Part shown: positions 39,494 to 49,746 of the stretch, piece by piece
Layout of the letters: each line of letters opens with the position of its first letter
Position numbering within the stretch: position 1 is the stretch's first letter
Source of the DNA: Escherichia phage ECML-134
Direction: 5' to 3' (one strand)
Sequence record: JX128259
DNA: 64,000 nt
Program-made: the position numbers and the translations under genes
The notes under the pieces: model-generated
Seen by the model: only the letters and a program-made list of their open reading frames with translations
The model's database searches: none
Told to the model about the DNA's origin: nothing

Positions 39494-39802
39494 TTAGTCT
39501 TCTATGATATCCCTATCATATCCAAGTGAAATGAGAGTTTCTTTGAAGTGTTTAATGTTCTTTTGTCTAGAATCATTAATGAAAATGACTGGATAACGAA
39601 TGTTAAGAGATGTGAATCCAGCGCGTTTAGCAAGAGATACAATCAGTGGACGATCATACTCAATCTTACCGTTATTTGTAAGAACTTTATAGAAAGTAAA
39701 AGGAGCATTAAGCTCCTTTAGAAGTTTTGTAACTGATTGACATCCAGGACAACGACCTACTTCATCTGGAATTCCATAGACTTCAATCTTATTTTGTTTC
39801 AC
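39494..39802 (-). CDS. nrdH: glutaredoxin-like protein
   Basis: 102-aa ORF with CPGC redox motif. Confidence 0.6.
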   Translation of the reverse strand: MKQNKIEVYGIPDEVGRCPGCQSVTKLLKELNAPFTFYKVLTNNGKIEYDRPLIVSLAKRAGFTSLNIRYPVIFINDSRQKNIKHFKETLISLGYDRDIIED

Positions 39803-39804
39803 AA

Positions 39805-40017
39805 CTATTCCTTACTAAGAGCAGCATTCAGCTTGTTAGTAATTTTATCCAGACGCTCATTAAACTCACTAGAAGATAAGCCCTTTTCTGGAGAAATCAA
39901 ACTAATCACGAAAAATATAGCAATAAAAGGAATAAGGAAAATAGCTCCAACTGCCATAAACAGAAAGAATGTTACAGTTGTAAGAAAATCAGCTAAACCT
40001 TTACGAAATTTATACAT
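39805..40017 (-). CDS. small membrane protein
   Basis: 70-aa ORF with one long hydrophobic segment. Confidence 0.55.
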   Translation of the reverse strand: MYKFRKGLADFLTTVTFFLFMAVGAIFLIPFIAIFFVISLISPEKGLSSSEFNERLDKITNKLNAALSKE

Positions 40018-40135
40018 TTACATTTACCTTTAATTGATTAACCAAGCATTGATAAGCACTAAACTATATTGGGAATAAAATTCTGGACCAAAATGAAAAA
40101 TCATATCATTTATAGTATCCATAATGTAATTCAAT

Positions 40136-40606
40136 TTAATCATGTTTCCACACCCCATCGGTATTTGACCAAAGCCGCTGATTATCTGATCCTCGCCACA
40201 GCTTTTTGGTCGGAAGATTTTTCTCATACTTCCCATCAATAATAACATCAACATATTTAAGCATTTCTAGTTGTTTAATATCTTCAAACTTATATCCTGT
40301 CCACAACCAAATGCTTTTATTGGGATAAAGATTTTTTACTGTTTGAACAATGCAATGAATAACATCTCGGTTATCAGGATAGAGAGGGTCACCTCCAGTT
40401 ATAGTCAATCCTTCTATATAATCATTATTCAAACATTCAATTAATTGTTCTAGTGTTTCACCAGTGAATGGAATACCATTTCTAGCATTCCATGTTGATT
40501 TATTATAACACCCTTCACATTTATGCAAACAACCTGTAACGAAAAGAACGGTCCTGCAGCCAGGACCATTAATAAAATCGCAAGGATAAAATCTATCATA
40601 ATTCAT
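40136..40606 (-). CDS. nrdG: anaerobic ribonucleotide reductase activating protein
   Basis: 156-aa ORF; radical-SAM cysteine cluster CLHKCEGC. Confidence 0.8.
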   Translation of the reverse strand: MNYDRFYPCDFINGPGCRTVLFVTGCLHKCEGCYNKSTWNARNGIPFTGETLEQLIECLNNDYIEGLTITGGDPLYPDNRDVIHCIVQTVKNLYPNKSIWLWTGYKFEDIKQLEMLKYVDVIIDGKYEKNLPTKKLWRGSDNQRLWSNTDGVWKHD

Positions 40607-42420
40607 TGGTGTTTAACCCTATGCATGATTTCTTTATTTTTGCCGAGATTAAATCCGCGTTCGTTCGGATTTCCCAAATAACCACACGTTCTTCTTATTG
40701 TGTTCATCTTTTTAGGATCAGTTTCTCCACAGATAGAACAAACAAATCCGTTTTCAGTAGGAGTCATTTCATGGGTGCTTCCGCATGTAAAACATTTATC
40801 TACTGGCATATTAACACCAAAATAATCTAAATGTTGTGCAGCATAATCCCATACAGCCTCAAGGCCTTTTAGGTTATTTTTCATATCAGGAAGTTCAACA
40901 TAAGAAATGTGACCACCTGTCGCAATGAAATGATATGGCGCTTCACGAGAAATCTTTTCAAACGGAGTAACATTTTCTTCTACTGAAACGTGGAAACTGT
41001 TAGTGTACCAGCCTTTATCGGTAACATCTTTTACGCTTCCATATTTTTCTGTATCAAGTTTACAGAAGCGATAACAAAGGTTTTCAGCAGGAGTCGAATA
41101 TAAACTAAAAGCAAATCCAGTTCTTTCAGTCCACTGTTTAAGATGAGCATTCATTTTAGTTAAAATTTCTCGTCCAATATCACGACCGACAAGAATATTC
41201 AATTCGTGAATACCAATGTATCCTAGGGACACTGAACTTCTACCGTTTTTAAATAACTCAATTATGTCGTCATCAGGTTTAAGACGAACCCCGAATGCAC
41301 CTTCTTGGTAAAGAATAGGAGCAACAGTAGCTTTAACTCCTTTTAAGGAACTAATTCTACACATCAAAGCTTCAAAACACAAATCCATACGTTCATTGAA
41401 TAATTCAACAAATTTCTGTTCGTTAAATTGTGTTCCAATATAAGAATCTAATGCAATGCGAGGAAGATTCAGTGTTACAACACCAAGATTATTACGTCCA
41501 TCAAGAATTTCATTACCAGTCGAATCTTTCCATACGCTCAAGAAACTACGGCAACCCATTGGAGAAACAGGAATAGATGAACCGGTGATAGCTTTATTAT
41601 TCTTAACTGAAATAATATCAGGATACATCCTTTTGCTTGCACACTCTAGAGCAAGCTGCTTAATATCATAGTTCGGATCGTCTTTATAAAGATTAACGCC
41701 TTCTTCAACGAACATAACAAGTTTAGGAAAAATAGGAGTTATCCCATCACGACCAAGACCTTTAATACGATTTTTCAGAATTGCTTTCTGAATCATTCGT
41801 TCAGTCCAGTCAGTTCCCGTACCAAATGTAATTGTTACAAAAGGAGTCTGTCCGTTTGAACTAAAGAGAGTATTTACTTCATATTCATAAGCTTGGAATG
41901 CATCGTATACGTCTTTTTCTGTTTTAGATTGAGCATAATTCAACGCATCAGCGATTTGCCATTTTTCTGCATCCTCAATATGTTTTGCATAGGTGCGTTT
42001 AACATAAGGAGAAAGTACTTTATCTACATTCGCAAAAGTCGTTCCGCCATATTGATGGGAAGCAACCTGTGCAGTAATTTGTGCCATAATTGCAGTAGCA
42101 ACACCGATTGATTTAGGAGTTTCAATCTGTGCATTACCGAGCTTAAATCCGTTCTCAAGCATTCCTTTTAAATCTACTAAACAGCAATTAGTAAATGGAA
42201 GAGCAGGGGAATAATCAATATCGTGCACGTGAATAATTCCGCTTTCATGCGCTTTCATAATAAAAGACGGGACCATATTTTTGGCAATGTGTTTAGACAC
42301 AATACCAGCCATAAGGTCCCGTTGAGTTGGAAAAACACGAGAATCTTTATTAGCATTCTCGTTTAAAAGGTCTTTATTAGTTTTATGAATCAATCCTTCA
42401 ATTTCTTTTTCAATTGTCAT
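40603..42420 (-). CDS. nrdD: anaerobic ribonucleotide reductase, uninterrupted
   Basis: 605-aa continuous ORF; C-terminal glycyl radical motif RTCGY and zinc-ribbon cysteines. Confidence 0.85.
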   Translation of the reverse strand: MTIEKEIEGLIHKTNKDLLNENANKDSRVFPTQRDLMAGIVSKHIAKNMVPSFIMKAHESGIIHVHDIDYSPALPFTNCCLVDLKGMLENGFKLGNAQIETPKSIGVATAIMAQITAQVASHQYGGTTFANVDKVLSPYVKRTYAKHIEDAEKWQIADALNYAQSKTEKDVYDAFQAYEYEVNTLFSSNGQTPFVTITFGTGTDWTERMIQKAILKNRIKGLGRDGITPIFPKLVMFVEEGVNLYKDDPNYDIKQLALECASKRMYPDIISVKNNKAITGSSIPVSPMGCRSFLSVWKDSTGNEILDGRNNLGVVTLNLPRIALDSYIGTQFNEQKFVELFNERMDLCFEALMCRISSLKGVKATVAPILYQEGAFGVRLKPDDDIIELFKNGRSSVSLGYIGIHELNILVGRDIGREILTKMNAHLKQWTERTGFAFSLYSTPAENLCYRFCKLDTEKYGSVKDVTDKGWYTNSFHVSVEENVTPFEKISREAPYHFIATGGHISYVELPDMKNNLKGLEAVWDYAAQHLDYFGVNMPVDKCFTCGSTHEMTPTENGFVCSICGETDPKKMNTIRRTCGYLGNPNERGFNLGKNKEIMHRVKHQ

Positions 42421-42890
42421 TTTAAACTCTTTCTAAGCTGCTTCTTAAATGAAGCTATTAATTGTGTTTTGGTGTCAGATTCATTATATTCAAATCCTCT
42501 TTGAAGCATCTCGGCCATCATTTCCTCTTTTCCTAAACGAGAAAATTCCTTTGATTTATCTCCAACAAAGTTAGGGTGAATATTATTTTGGGTGTAATCG
42601 GATTTTAAATAAGTAAGTAAATTTTCTAACCATTCAAGATAATCAACCCCTTGTCCCTTTAAGCCAGAACGATTAAATTTGTGCTTCATTTGACCTTCTG
42701 CGGCATTGCAAAGATTACAAAGCAATCCACGCACCTTTCCTGCTTTTGGTCCATTTAATTCATGGTCATGGTCGAGGTGATTAGCTTGAACATCAGGATT
42801 TAGTTCTCGTTGGCAAATTAAGCATTTACCATTTTGTGCATCATAAAATTTCTGTTTTTCTTCTTTATATAATTTGCCAGTCAATAACAT
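42417..42890 (-). CDS. 49: endonuclease VII
   Basis: 157-aa ORF; CLICQ...HLDHDH...CNLCN zinc-binding pattern. Confidence 0.8.
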   Translation of the reverse strand: MLLTGKLYKEEKQKFYDAQNGKCLICQRELNPDVQANHLDHDHELNGPKAGKVRGLLCNLCNAAEGQMKHKFNRSGLKGQGVDYLEWLENLLTYLKSDYTQNNIHPNFVGDKSKEFSRLGKEEMMAEMLQRGFEYNESDTKTQLIASFKKQLRKSLK

Positions 42891-42931
42891 AATAAACCCT
42901 TACCTTAAATAGATAAGGGTATTTATTATTT

Positions 42932-43417
42932 TCAAGTATTATAAAACATTTGATGCAATCGCTTATATTGCCGAATCATTTGGTCAGAAAAAGAAATTTG
43001 AGTTTCAAGCCATTCAATGTATTCTGCGGCAGCTTGCATCAGGTTACCTTCATAGCCATCGTTATTTTCTTGTGCAGCTAATTTAGCTAATGCGTATGAA
43101 ATACGTTCACCTTGAAAAGCGGCTTTAGGCTTCTGAACAACTTGATTAGTTCTCTCTACAACTTCTTCAATTTCGCCGTTTTCGACTGATTCAGTATTCC
43201 ACAAACACCAATACGTAATTGGCTTATCATAGATATTAATAATCTTTCCGTCGGAAAGTTCAATTTCAATAATTCCAGTATCAGGTTCTATATCATCTTC
43301 ACATTCTTTTGCAAGTTCACGAACTTTAAAGACAGTACCTGCACTAAGTTCCGGCCAGTAATTACATAGCCCTGTATCAACACGATTAATTCTAAACCAC
43401 TTATCTACTGTAATCAT
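42932..43417 (-). CDS. pin: Pin-like protein
   Basis: ORF track gives 42932-43435; start moved to Met 7 because promoter 43458-43487 would start transcription inside the longer ORF. Confidence 0.5.
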   Translation of the reverse strand: MITVDKWFRINRVDTGLCNYWPELSAGTVFKVRELAKECEDDIEPDTGIIEIELSDGKIINIYDKPITYWCLWNTESVENGEIEEVVERTNQVVQKPKAAFQGERISYALAKLAAQENNDGYEGNLMQAAAEYIEWLETQISFSDQMIRQYKRLHQMFYNT

Positions 43418-43457
43418 GTCCCATCTCCATATCAATTAAGTCATTTATTGTAGGTTC

Positions 43458-43487
43458 ATTATATACTGTTTCTTCATCAGTGTAAAC
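43458..43487 (-). promoter_or_regulatory. early sigma70-type promoter
   Basis: gtaaac at 43482-43487; -10 TATAAT from 43458-43463; 18 bp spacer. Confidence 0.5.
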
Positions 43488-43539
43488 CGGTTCTTCCGGC
43501 TCTGGCTCTACAGTTTCCCATCTAACCGCCCACCAGGGT

Positions 43540-43749
43540 TTAACCCCGAAGCTTATTAAGTTCTTCATAATCAATCCAGGATTCTAATCCTGATGGCAAA
43601 TCAGATTCAATTTCCCAAAGAAGTTCTTCAATTTTATGAAGACGATCTAGTTCTTTAGCAGGAATAGTAACCATTGACGGAGCTCTTGCTACATTAATAT
43701 CGTAAATCATATTTACCCCAGTTTGACCATACAATCGCCGTATTTCCAC
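43540..43749 (-). CDS. small hypothetical protein
   Basis: 69-aa ORF. Confidence 0.5.
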   Translation of the reverse strand: MEIRRLYGQTGVNMIYDINVARAPSMVTIPAKELDRLHKIEELLWEIESDLPSGLESWIDYEELNKLRG

Positions 43750-43928
43750 TTAGAAATAGACTTTTCACCATTAGAATAATAAACTTCAAGTTTAGCACGA
43801 TTATTTTTAATTTGAATAACCTTTGCTGTCATCAAAGTTCCATACCCATAGTAAACTGCAACTTCATCACCTACATATACCGCGCTTCCACGATAATCAT
43901 GGATATAATCAGTTCCTTCGAGCGTCAT
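43713..43928 (-). CDS. small hypothetical protein
   Basis: 71-aa ORF. Confidence 0.5.
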   Translation of the reverse strand: MTLEGTDYIHDYRGSAVYVGDEVAVYYGYGTLMTAKVIQIKNNRAKLEVYYSNGEKSISKWKYGDCMVKLG

Positions 43929-44188
43929 TTAAAGTATTCCCGCAATTGGTCAAATCCACCAATATGACTTCCATCAGGAGCAAATACCTGAGGCATTGTT
44001 AAGCCGATTTGAGTATCACGACCTAGTTTCGTCAGAAGCTCAGCAATTTTCTCATCATCAAAAACACCTTTTTCCGGCATAATGTTGATAAATTCAAACG
44101 GCTGTTTCTTCACGGTCAAAAGACGTTTTGCATTATCGCAGTACACACATTTGTGGATGTTGCTATCATAACCATATACTTTAAACAT
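43925..44188 (-). CDS. nrdC: thioredoxin/glutaredoxin NrdC
   Basis: 87-aa ORF with CVYC active site. Confidence 0.8.
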   Translation of the reverse strand: MFKVYGYDSNIHKCVYCDNAKRLLTVKKQPFEFINIMPEKGVFDDEKIAELLTKLGRDTQIGLTMPQVFAPDGSHIGGFDQLREYFK

Positions 44189-44189
44189 A

Positions 44190-44432
44190 TTATTCCTTAA
44201 TTCCTAGTACTTGTTTAAAAGTCTCGTCGTAATCAAGACTTTGGCCCGTTTGTTCTTTATGTTTGTACATAATATCACTTACTTCTGATAGCATATTTTT
44301 ATATGAACGAGTTAAAGCAGATTTAAGCACGCTGTATCTATCAGGAAATTTACCATGTTCATTATAATAAGCTATTACTAATTCACGGACTGCCTTTTCA
44401 GCAGTCTCCATATATTCTTTACGCTTGGTCAT
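44190..44432 (-). CDS. hypothetical protein
   Basis: ORF track gives 44190-44591; start moved to internal Met to avoid a long overlap with the zinc-ribbon ORF. Confidence 0.45.
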   Translation of the reverse strand: MTKRKEYMETAEKAVRELVIAYYNEHGKFPDRYSVLKSALTRSYKNMLSEVSDIMYKHKEQTGQSLDYDETFKQVLGIKE

Positions 44433-44736
44433 TTTCTTCTCGGTCAAATCGGTGTTTACAATGACGACATTTATAACGAAGATTACTAGTCTGCCAATGG
44501 ACCAATTGCACCTGTTCAGTTCCACATTCAGGGCAATTAGGAACGTTTTTAGAAGCCCTTTCACGACGTTCAACCATAACCATAATGGCATCCCAAGCAG
44601 GAGGTTTAAAGTCTAAATCGTCACAACCATGAATCTTTCCACGCATTTCCAAATCGTCTTCTTCACCAGCCATAATAATTTTAATTAGACTAGAATTACT
44701 TGAAGCTGCAATGTCTTCTAATAGACGCTTTTTCAT
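44419..44736 (-). CDS. zinc-ribbon protein
   Basis: 105-aa ORF; CPECG...CRHCKH. Confidence 0.55.
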   Translation of the reverse strand: MKKRLLEDIAASSNSSLIKIIMAGEEDDLEMRGKIHGCDDLDFKPPAWDAIMVMVERRERASKNVPNCPECGTEQVQLVHWQTSNLRYKCRHCKHRFDREENDQA

Positions 44737-45662
44737 TTCAATACCTCAATAGCATTACGTAAACCATTTGCTTTTGCATTAAGAGCTTTTAACAATTTGG
44801 TGTGTTCTGCAATTTGGGCTTCAACTTCAATCAAACGAGCATTGAGATATTCGCGTTCTTCACTCAGATTATCAACCTTTTCTACTTTAGGCTCTTTTAC
44901 AACTGTCTTATATGTATTAGGGTTCTTCAGTTTAATTAGAATGCGTGAACTGTATAACATTGAACCATTATTTTCGGTTTCGTCATACATTTCTACTACA
45001 TCCATAATTTTTAACATCATGCGGAGTTTATAAGACAACGAACGAATAGTTTTGTTGTGCTTATTAATTTCTTTAGCTGTCATGGTGCCGAGATTACGTG
45101 AGTAATAATAAGGAACCTGGATATTAATTAATACTGATGAACCACCTGGCTTGTGTGTTACTTCATCAGCAATAACCCAGTCCTTAACATGAACTGTATT
45201 TGTACGGTCATCACCCGCGGTAAACAGTTTGCGAGCATGCTTAAAAAGCATATTCACTTGGTCATTGAATTGACAAGCAAATTTATCAGCAAATTTAGTT
45301 TCAGGAATGGTAGATAACCAATCAGCCAAATGAGTCTTTTTAACATCGTTAACAATAGTAAATTCAACCAAATCGGTTATAGATGTCTCAGATTTAATAA
45401 AGCTCGGCTTCATAAAGTTTTTAATGTTATCGTGAGCTACAGTAGAAGATAACATACGAGAACGTTTAAACCATTCAAGCAAATTACCTAACGAATGAGA
45501 ATAAGCGTTTTGAGTATCTTTACAGATATGATTTTCCTGGCCAACATATTGAAGGAAATCACGAAGAATATTATTGATTACTGCTCTGTGTCCGATCTGA
45601 TAATTACGGTGTTTAGTAATAAGACTGTCAAAATAATCAATATAATGTTTACGAGTTTTCAT
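44733..45662 (-). CDS. accessory protein with C-terminal coiled coil, family member 1
   Basis: 309-aa ORF; last ~40 aa heptad-like EEREYLNARLIEVEAQIAEHTKLLKALNAK. Confidence 0.65.
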   Translation of the reverse strand: MKTRKHYIDYFDSLITKHRNYQIGHRAVINNILRDFLQYVGQENHICKDTQNAYSHSLGNLLEWFKRSRMLSSTVAHDNIKNFMKPSFIKSETSITDLVEFTIVNDVKKTHLADWLSTIPETKFADKFACQFNDQVNMLFKHARKLFTAGDDRTNTVHVKDWVIADEVTHKPGGSSVLINIQVPYYYSRNLGTMTAKEINKHNKTIRSLSYKLRMMLKIMDVVEMYDETENNGSMLYSSRILIKLKNPNTYKTVVKEPKVEKVDNLSEEREYLNARLIEVEAQIAEHTKLLKALNAKANGLRNAIEVLK

Positions 45663-45716
45663 GTTCTTCTCACTTGGTTAATGATTTATACTCCGAGCCA
45701 TCCTTGGCTTTAAATT

Positions 45717-46718
45717 TTACTTAATTAACTGTAAAGCTTGTTCAAGACGATCAAGACGATTAACAGATTCTTCCCAAATCTTTTTAGCCTGCTCATATTC
45801 TTTCTGCGCTTTATTAGAAATTTCTAGAACTTCCTTATAAGCTTTTTCTAATGCAATAACTTCTGGACGAATTTCTACCGGTTCAGGTGAATCATCAAGA
45901 TTATCCATTAGTTCCTCAAGGGTAGTTTCTTCTTTAGGAGTATTCACAATTTCATCACATTTTTGTTGGTAAATTTCTTTATCAGTAGGTGAATAAGCAC
46001 ATTTCACTTCACGAAGGCTAATTACGAGTTTATATCCTTCCCAACCGCATATATTCTTAAAAGGATATGTATGAATATTTTCTACTGTTTCCATACAAAG
46101 TAATGCGGTCTCTAATTGACGAGTTATAGTGCTAGCAATTGAGAAAAATTTATTAATATTCTTTTGGTTAGTTTCTGGTGTAAAAAATCCATAATTCACA
46201 AAAATAGATACTTTATTTTTATCAAGTTCATATTCTTTTATGATAATCATATCAGAAGCCAAAGGATGAATTTGACGATAATCGCCATAACATAATTTAG
46301 AAGCTGATTTTAGAATCTGTCCTTTGAAAAGTCTGAAATTACTAATCCAACGACGAGTAAAAATATTCTCAGGGTCTTCTTTGACATTAAGATGATAAGA
46401 ATTAACATCACCGAACCAATTATATCCTACTACATCTTTGGTTCGTTTAATTTCTTTCCCAAAATTACCAAGAATATCCCGATTAACCAAATATGAAAGA
46501 AGACGAGACTCTTTAAAGGTTTTCTTGATAACATCTTTATCTACACGGCTAGAAATTTTACGAATTTCATGAATAAATTTAGTAGAAGAAACAATACTTG
46601 CATCAACACTATTGAGCCATTGATTGATAATAGAAAGAACTATATTTTGGCCAAACATCGGTATAGCTTTATCATCAATAACGCTATTGAATGATTTGAT
46701 ATATTCGTTACGAGTCAT
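45717..46718 (-). CDS. accessory protein with C-terminal coiled coil, family member 2
   Basis: ORF track gives 45717-46748; start moved to Met 11 (GAGGAG Shine-Dalgarno; promoter lies inside the longer ORF). Confidence 0.65.
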   Translation of the reverse strand: MTRNEYIKSFNSVIDDKAIPMFGQNIVLSIINQWLNSVDASIVSSTKFIHEIRKISSRVDKDVIKKTFKESRLLSYLVNRDILGNFGKEIKRTKDVVGYNWFGDVNSYHLNVKEDPENIFTRRWISNFRLFKGQILKSASKLCYGDYRQIHPLASDMIIIKEYELDKNKVSIFVNYGFFTPETNQKNINKFFSIASTITRQLETALLCMETVENIHTYPFKNICGWEGYKLVISLREVKCAYSPTDKEIYQQKCDEIVNTPKEETTLEELMDNLDDSPEPVEIRPEVIALEKAYKEVLEISNKAQKEYEQAKKIWEESVNRLDRLEQALQLIK

Positions 46719-46746
46719 ATTAATCTCCTCAGTAGAAAGTAAGAAC

Positions 46747-46776
46747 ATTATACCACATCCTTGTGGAAAAGTAAAC
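46747..46776 (-). promoter_or_regulatory. early sigma70-type promoter
   Basis: gtaaac at 46771-46776; -10 TATAAT; spacer contains ccacatccttgtgg inverted repeat as at 2436-2449. Confidence 0.55.
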
Positions 46777-47798
46777 TAGTTCAGTGCATTTAGTGCATTG
46801 TTCAGTTTAGAACGTTGCTTCGTAAGATTTTTGACTTTTTCTTGAGCTTTTTCCAGCATCTTTTCAGCTTCTAACACTTCATTAGTTGCTTTAACAAGTT
46901 CATCATCTACTGCCTTGATAGACTTCTCAATCGCATCCGCGTGCCATTTTTCAACAGGTTTAAGACTCGGATTTTCAATAGGAAGAAAATTCACTTTATT
47001 GAATTTCCATGCATCTTTATTACCTGAGCTATACATCCAAAATTTAGGATCGTTTGATGAGCAATTAGATAAATTTAAGTTATCTTGCACTTCCTGCTTT
47101 TTCTCTTGCGGGACTTCATCCTTTCTCAAAAAATCATATTTAAATGAAACGATCATATCAAGTTCATACGTTGTTGTATGTTCCCAATTTCGCTCAAAAT
47201 GAGGTAAAATCTTAGACTGAACTGCAGCAACAACATCCATATACTTAAATGCTTCTGTCAACTGCGATTTAAGGCATTCGCAAATTGAAAGAGAATTTTT
47301 TGTATTAGGTTTAAAGCTAATTCGTGCAGTTCTATTATTTTCTTTTAACGGTCTTACTTCCATCTGAAGAGTATAACCATCAAATTTCAGGTTCTTTAAG
47401 TTAATGTCAGAACCTTTTAATCGACTAGCCGTCGACAAAATTTGCTTTAATTGTTTACGGAATAGAGCAATAAATCTCCATTCAATACGATAATGATTTG
47501 GATTGAAAAATCCAGATGATAAATCGACCTTACTCTGACCAACACCTTGAACAAATAGAGGATTTTTATAATCAATAGTTTTACAGAAATCGGTGAGCTG
47601 CTCACGAGCAGTCATTTGTGTAATATATCCTGCTTCGCTAAAATTACGCACCCATTCGCTGCTGTTCAAATGTTTAAAGGCATGAATTGAACAATTAACT
47701 TTACCAAGGTCTAAATTATTTTCACACAAAAATGTCATAGCATCACGAGTATAGCTGGCATTACGAACCATATCTTCAATTTGAGAACGAGTTTTCAT
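46776..47798 (-). CDS. accessory protein with C-terminal coiled coil, family member 3
   Basis: 340-aa ORF; MKTR start as in member 1; coiled-coil tail. Confidence 0.65.
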   Translation of the reverse strand: MKTRSQIEDMVRNASYTRDAMTFLCENNLDLGKVNCSIHAFKHLNSSEWVRNFSEAGYITQMTAREQLTDFCKTIDYKNPLFVQGVGQSKVDLSSGFFNPNHYRIEWRFIALFRKQLKQILSTASRLKGSDINLKNLKFDGYTLQMEVRPLKENNRTARISFKPNTKNSLSICECLKSQLTEAFKYMDVVAAVQSKILPHFERNWEHTTTYELDMIVSFKYDFLRKDEVPQEKKQEVQDNLNLSNCSSNDPKFWMYSSGNKDAWKFNKVNFLPIENPSLKPVEKWHADAIEKSIKAVDDELVKATNEVLEAEKMLEKAQEKVKNLTKQRSKLNNALNALN

Positions 47799-47806
47799 GG
47801 TGTTCC

Positions 47807-48718
47807 TTAAGATTTAAGTAAATCAACAATTTTAATTAACTTTTCACGCTCAGATTTAGCTTTACTACTCAGTCCAGATAGTCTGAAAATTTCATCGTCA
47901 TATTGTTGAATAGAAATATTCAGCTCTTCAATCTGTTTATTAAAATAATCAATTTGTTCAGAATGTTTTTCGTTACTACGAACTGGTGCAGGTTTTGTAG
48001 GCAATTTAGTTGAACTGGATTTATCCGGGCGATAAATTAAAATGCAATTTGAACCAATCGGGCATTTAGCACCAGATGAATATTCTAACGTTCCAGCTTC
48101 TTTTAAAACTTCAAAAGCTAAACAGAGATGATGCCCCATATTAACATAATCCGTAGAGCGAGCTCTGACGTAATAATCATCTCCACGAGTACTAAATTTA
48201 AAGCATTTAAGGTCTTCTGTATTATTAGTTTTAAAAATCATTTGTTTATCTAGACCTTTAGCTAATCGAGCGCCTAATGCTAATAATCGTCGTTGATTTT
48301 CCCACAAATCCGCAATCATTTGGTCGAATGATAATTTTGGCATTAGTCGGCCATAAAGGTCATATCCTTTATTATAATTACGAAGGATTTCACTCGCGTT
48401 AATACGAGACAACGCTCCAATTTTATTAAGGGCTTTCATGATGCGATTAGATAAACCCATTCCAGACCCGTTTGTTCGTTGTAAATGTTTTTCTAATCCA
48501 AACCCAATATCAACTTTAAACTTATCTAAAATTTCTGCATGAACATCTCTGTCAATAACATTCAAATCCAAAGTTGGGTTAAATCTATGAAAAAATTTAT
48601 CCGGCTCTCCACGACGAAGTACAGTCCATTCATTCAATTTTTTATTAACTAAAGATTTAATTACTGCATTGACATTATTAATTACTACTGACATATTTTC
48701 CTCACTCAATTTTACCAA
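47807..48718 (-). CDS. accessory protein with C-terminal coiled coil, family member 4
   Basis: 303-aa ORF; coiled-coil tail QIDYFNKQIEELNISIQQYDDEIFRL. Confidence 0.65.
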   Translation of the reverse strand: MVKLSEENMSVVINNVNAVIKSLVNKKLNEWTVLRRGEPDKFFHRFNPTLDLNVIDRDVHAEILDKFKVDIGFGLEKHLQRTNGSGMGLSNRIMKALNKIGALSRINASEILRNYNKGYDLYGRLMPKLSFDQMIADLWENQRRLLALGARLAKGLDKQMIFKTNNTEDLKCFKFSTRGDDYYVRARSTDYVNMGHHLCLAFEVLKEAGTLEYSSGAKCPIGSNCILIYRPDKSSSTKLPTKPAPVRSNEKHSEQIDYFNKQIEELNISIQQYDDEIFRLSGLSSKAKSEREKLIKIVDLLKS

Positions 48719-49103
48719 TTACGCGGAATAAGATTGAACAAACTATATAAGTACCACATATAGATTGAACTAATGCCATTCCAAAGAACCAAACAATATT
48801 ATCAAACCATGTCTGTTTTACGTCGAAAGGACGTAAACTTACAGTAATATTATCACCTTTTTCTATTGAAGAATACATCTCTGGTGAAATATATTCGCTA
48901 AATCTATAACCGTCTTTGAGTTCATATACGGCAATAAACGATAAACTAGATCCCTTTCCTTGAGTTCCTGTAAAGGTATTAACTACAGTAACATCATAAT
49001 CTTTATAATGCATATAATCATTAATTGCGTAATAACCATATGCAATTACTATACATAAACAACATATCAATAAATTCAATCTTTTAATTATCAACTGTTT
49101 CAT
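48702..49103 (-). CDS. membrane protein
   Basis: 133-aa ORF; N-terminal and C-terminal hydrophobic segments. Confidence 0.55.
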   Translation of the reverse strand: MKQLIIKRLNLLICCLCIVIAYGYYAINDYMHYKDYDVTVVNTFTGTQGKGSSLSFIAVYELKDGYRFSEYISPEMYSSIEKGDNITVSLRPFDVKQTWFDNIVWFFGMALVQSICGTYIVCSILFRVIGKIE

Positions 49104-49158
49104 AATAATCTCAATTAAAAGGGCTTAGAACCATTATACCATCCTTGGTATAAAGCGG

Positions 49159-49686
49159 TTATGCGAGTACCGTCTTTAACCGTTCTTCAAATTTCCGAAG
49201 AGTATTCTGGCGTTCAGCTCTTTGCTTTTTGTAAGTTTCAATACGCTCTGAAATGAGAGTGTATCGTTCATTTACTGATTCTTTCATAAAATCAGGAATT
49301 TCACGAGAAGCTTTAATCTCATCAAATTTATCAATAACAGCTTGCTCTTCAGCAATTAAGTTATCATACATCAAAATATCTTTCTTGATGAACTCAATAT
49401 CTTCTTGAGTTACACGAGATAACTTAGATGCTTTATCCTTTTTGTACTGTTCGTTAGTATCACGAGACCAGTGTAATGTACGATTTTTATTCGTATTTTT
49501 GTAAATTTCTACAATACCAATCTCATCGATAATAACGATCCAATTCCAACGAGATTTGTAAATTTGCCCTCCGTCAACCGTGATTTCACCTCCGATTGAG
49601 ATGTCATTAAAGAACTTGCTTTGTGCTTCAGATTTAAATTTACCATCGTTGTAATTTACCAGGTTGAAAATATCTTTAGCGTTCAT
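49159..49686 (-). CDS. accessory protein with C-terminal coiled coil, family member 5
   Basis: ORF track gives 49159-49746; start moved to internal Met after GGAGG; N-terminal GTIQLS of the track ORF is translated promoter. Confidence 0.55.
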   Translation of the reverse strand: MNAKDIFNLVNYNDGKFKSEAQSKFFNDISIGGEITVDGGQIYKSRWNWIVIIDEIGIVEIYKNTNKNRTLHWSRDTNEQYKKDKASKLSRVTQEDIEFIKKDILMYDNLIAEEQAVIDKFDEIKASREIPDFMKESVNERYTLISERIETYKKQRAERQNTLRKFEERLKTVLA

Positions 49687-49714
49687 TTTGTGTTCCTCCG
49701 TAGTTGATAGTTGT

Positions 49715-49744
49715 ATAGTACCACAGAGGAACGGTCTTGTAAAC
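49715..49744 (-). promoter_or_regulatory. early sigma70-type promoter
   Basis: gtaaac at 49739-49744; -10 TACTAT; conserved transcribed start ACAACTATCAAC. Confidence 0.55.
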
Positions 49745-49746
49745 AA

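Noticed and set aside
40603-42420. Group I intron in nrdD, as in T4
   Set aside because: The ORF is continuous at full length with no in-frame interruption or intron-encoded endonuclease
49104-49158. Promoter upstream of the membrane protein ORF at 48702-49103
   Set aside because: A TATAAT is present but no GTTTAC-like -35 at 17-19 bp; the ataccatccttggtat inverted repeat is noted but uninterpreted
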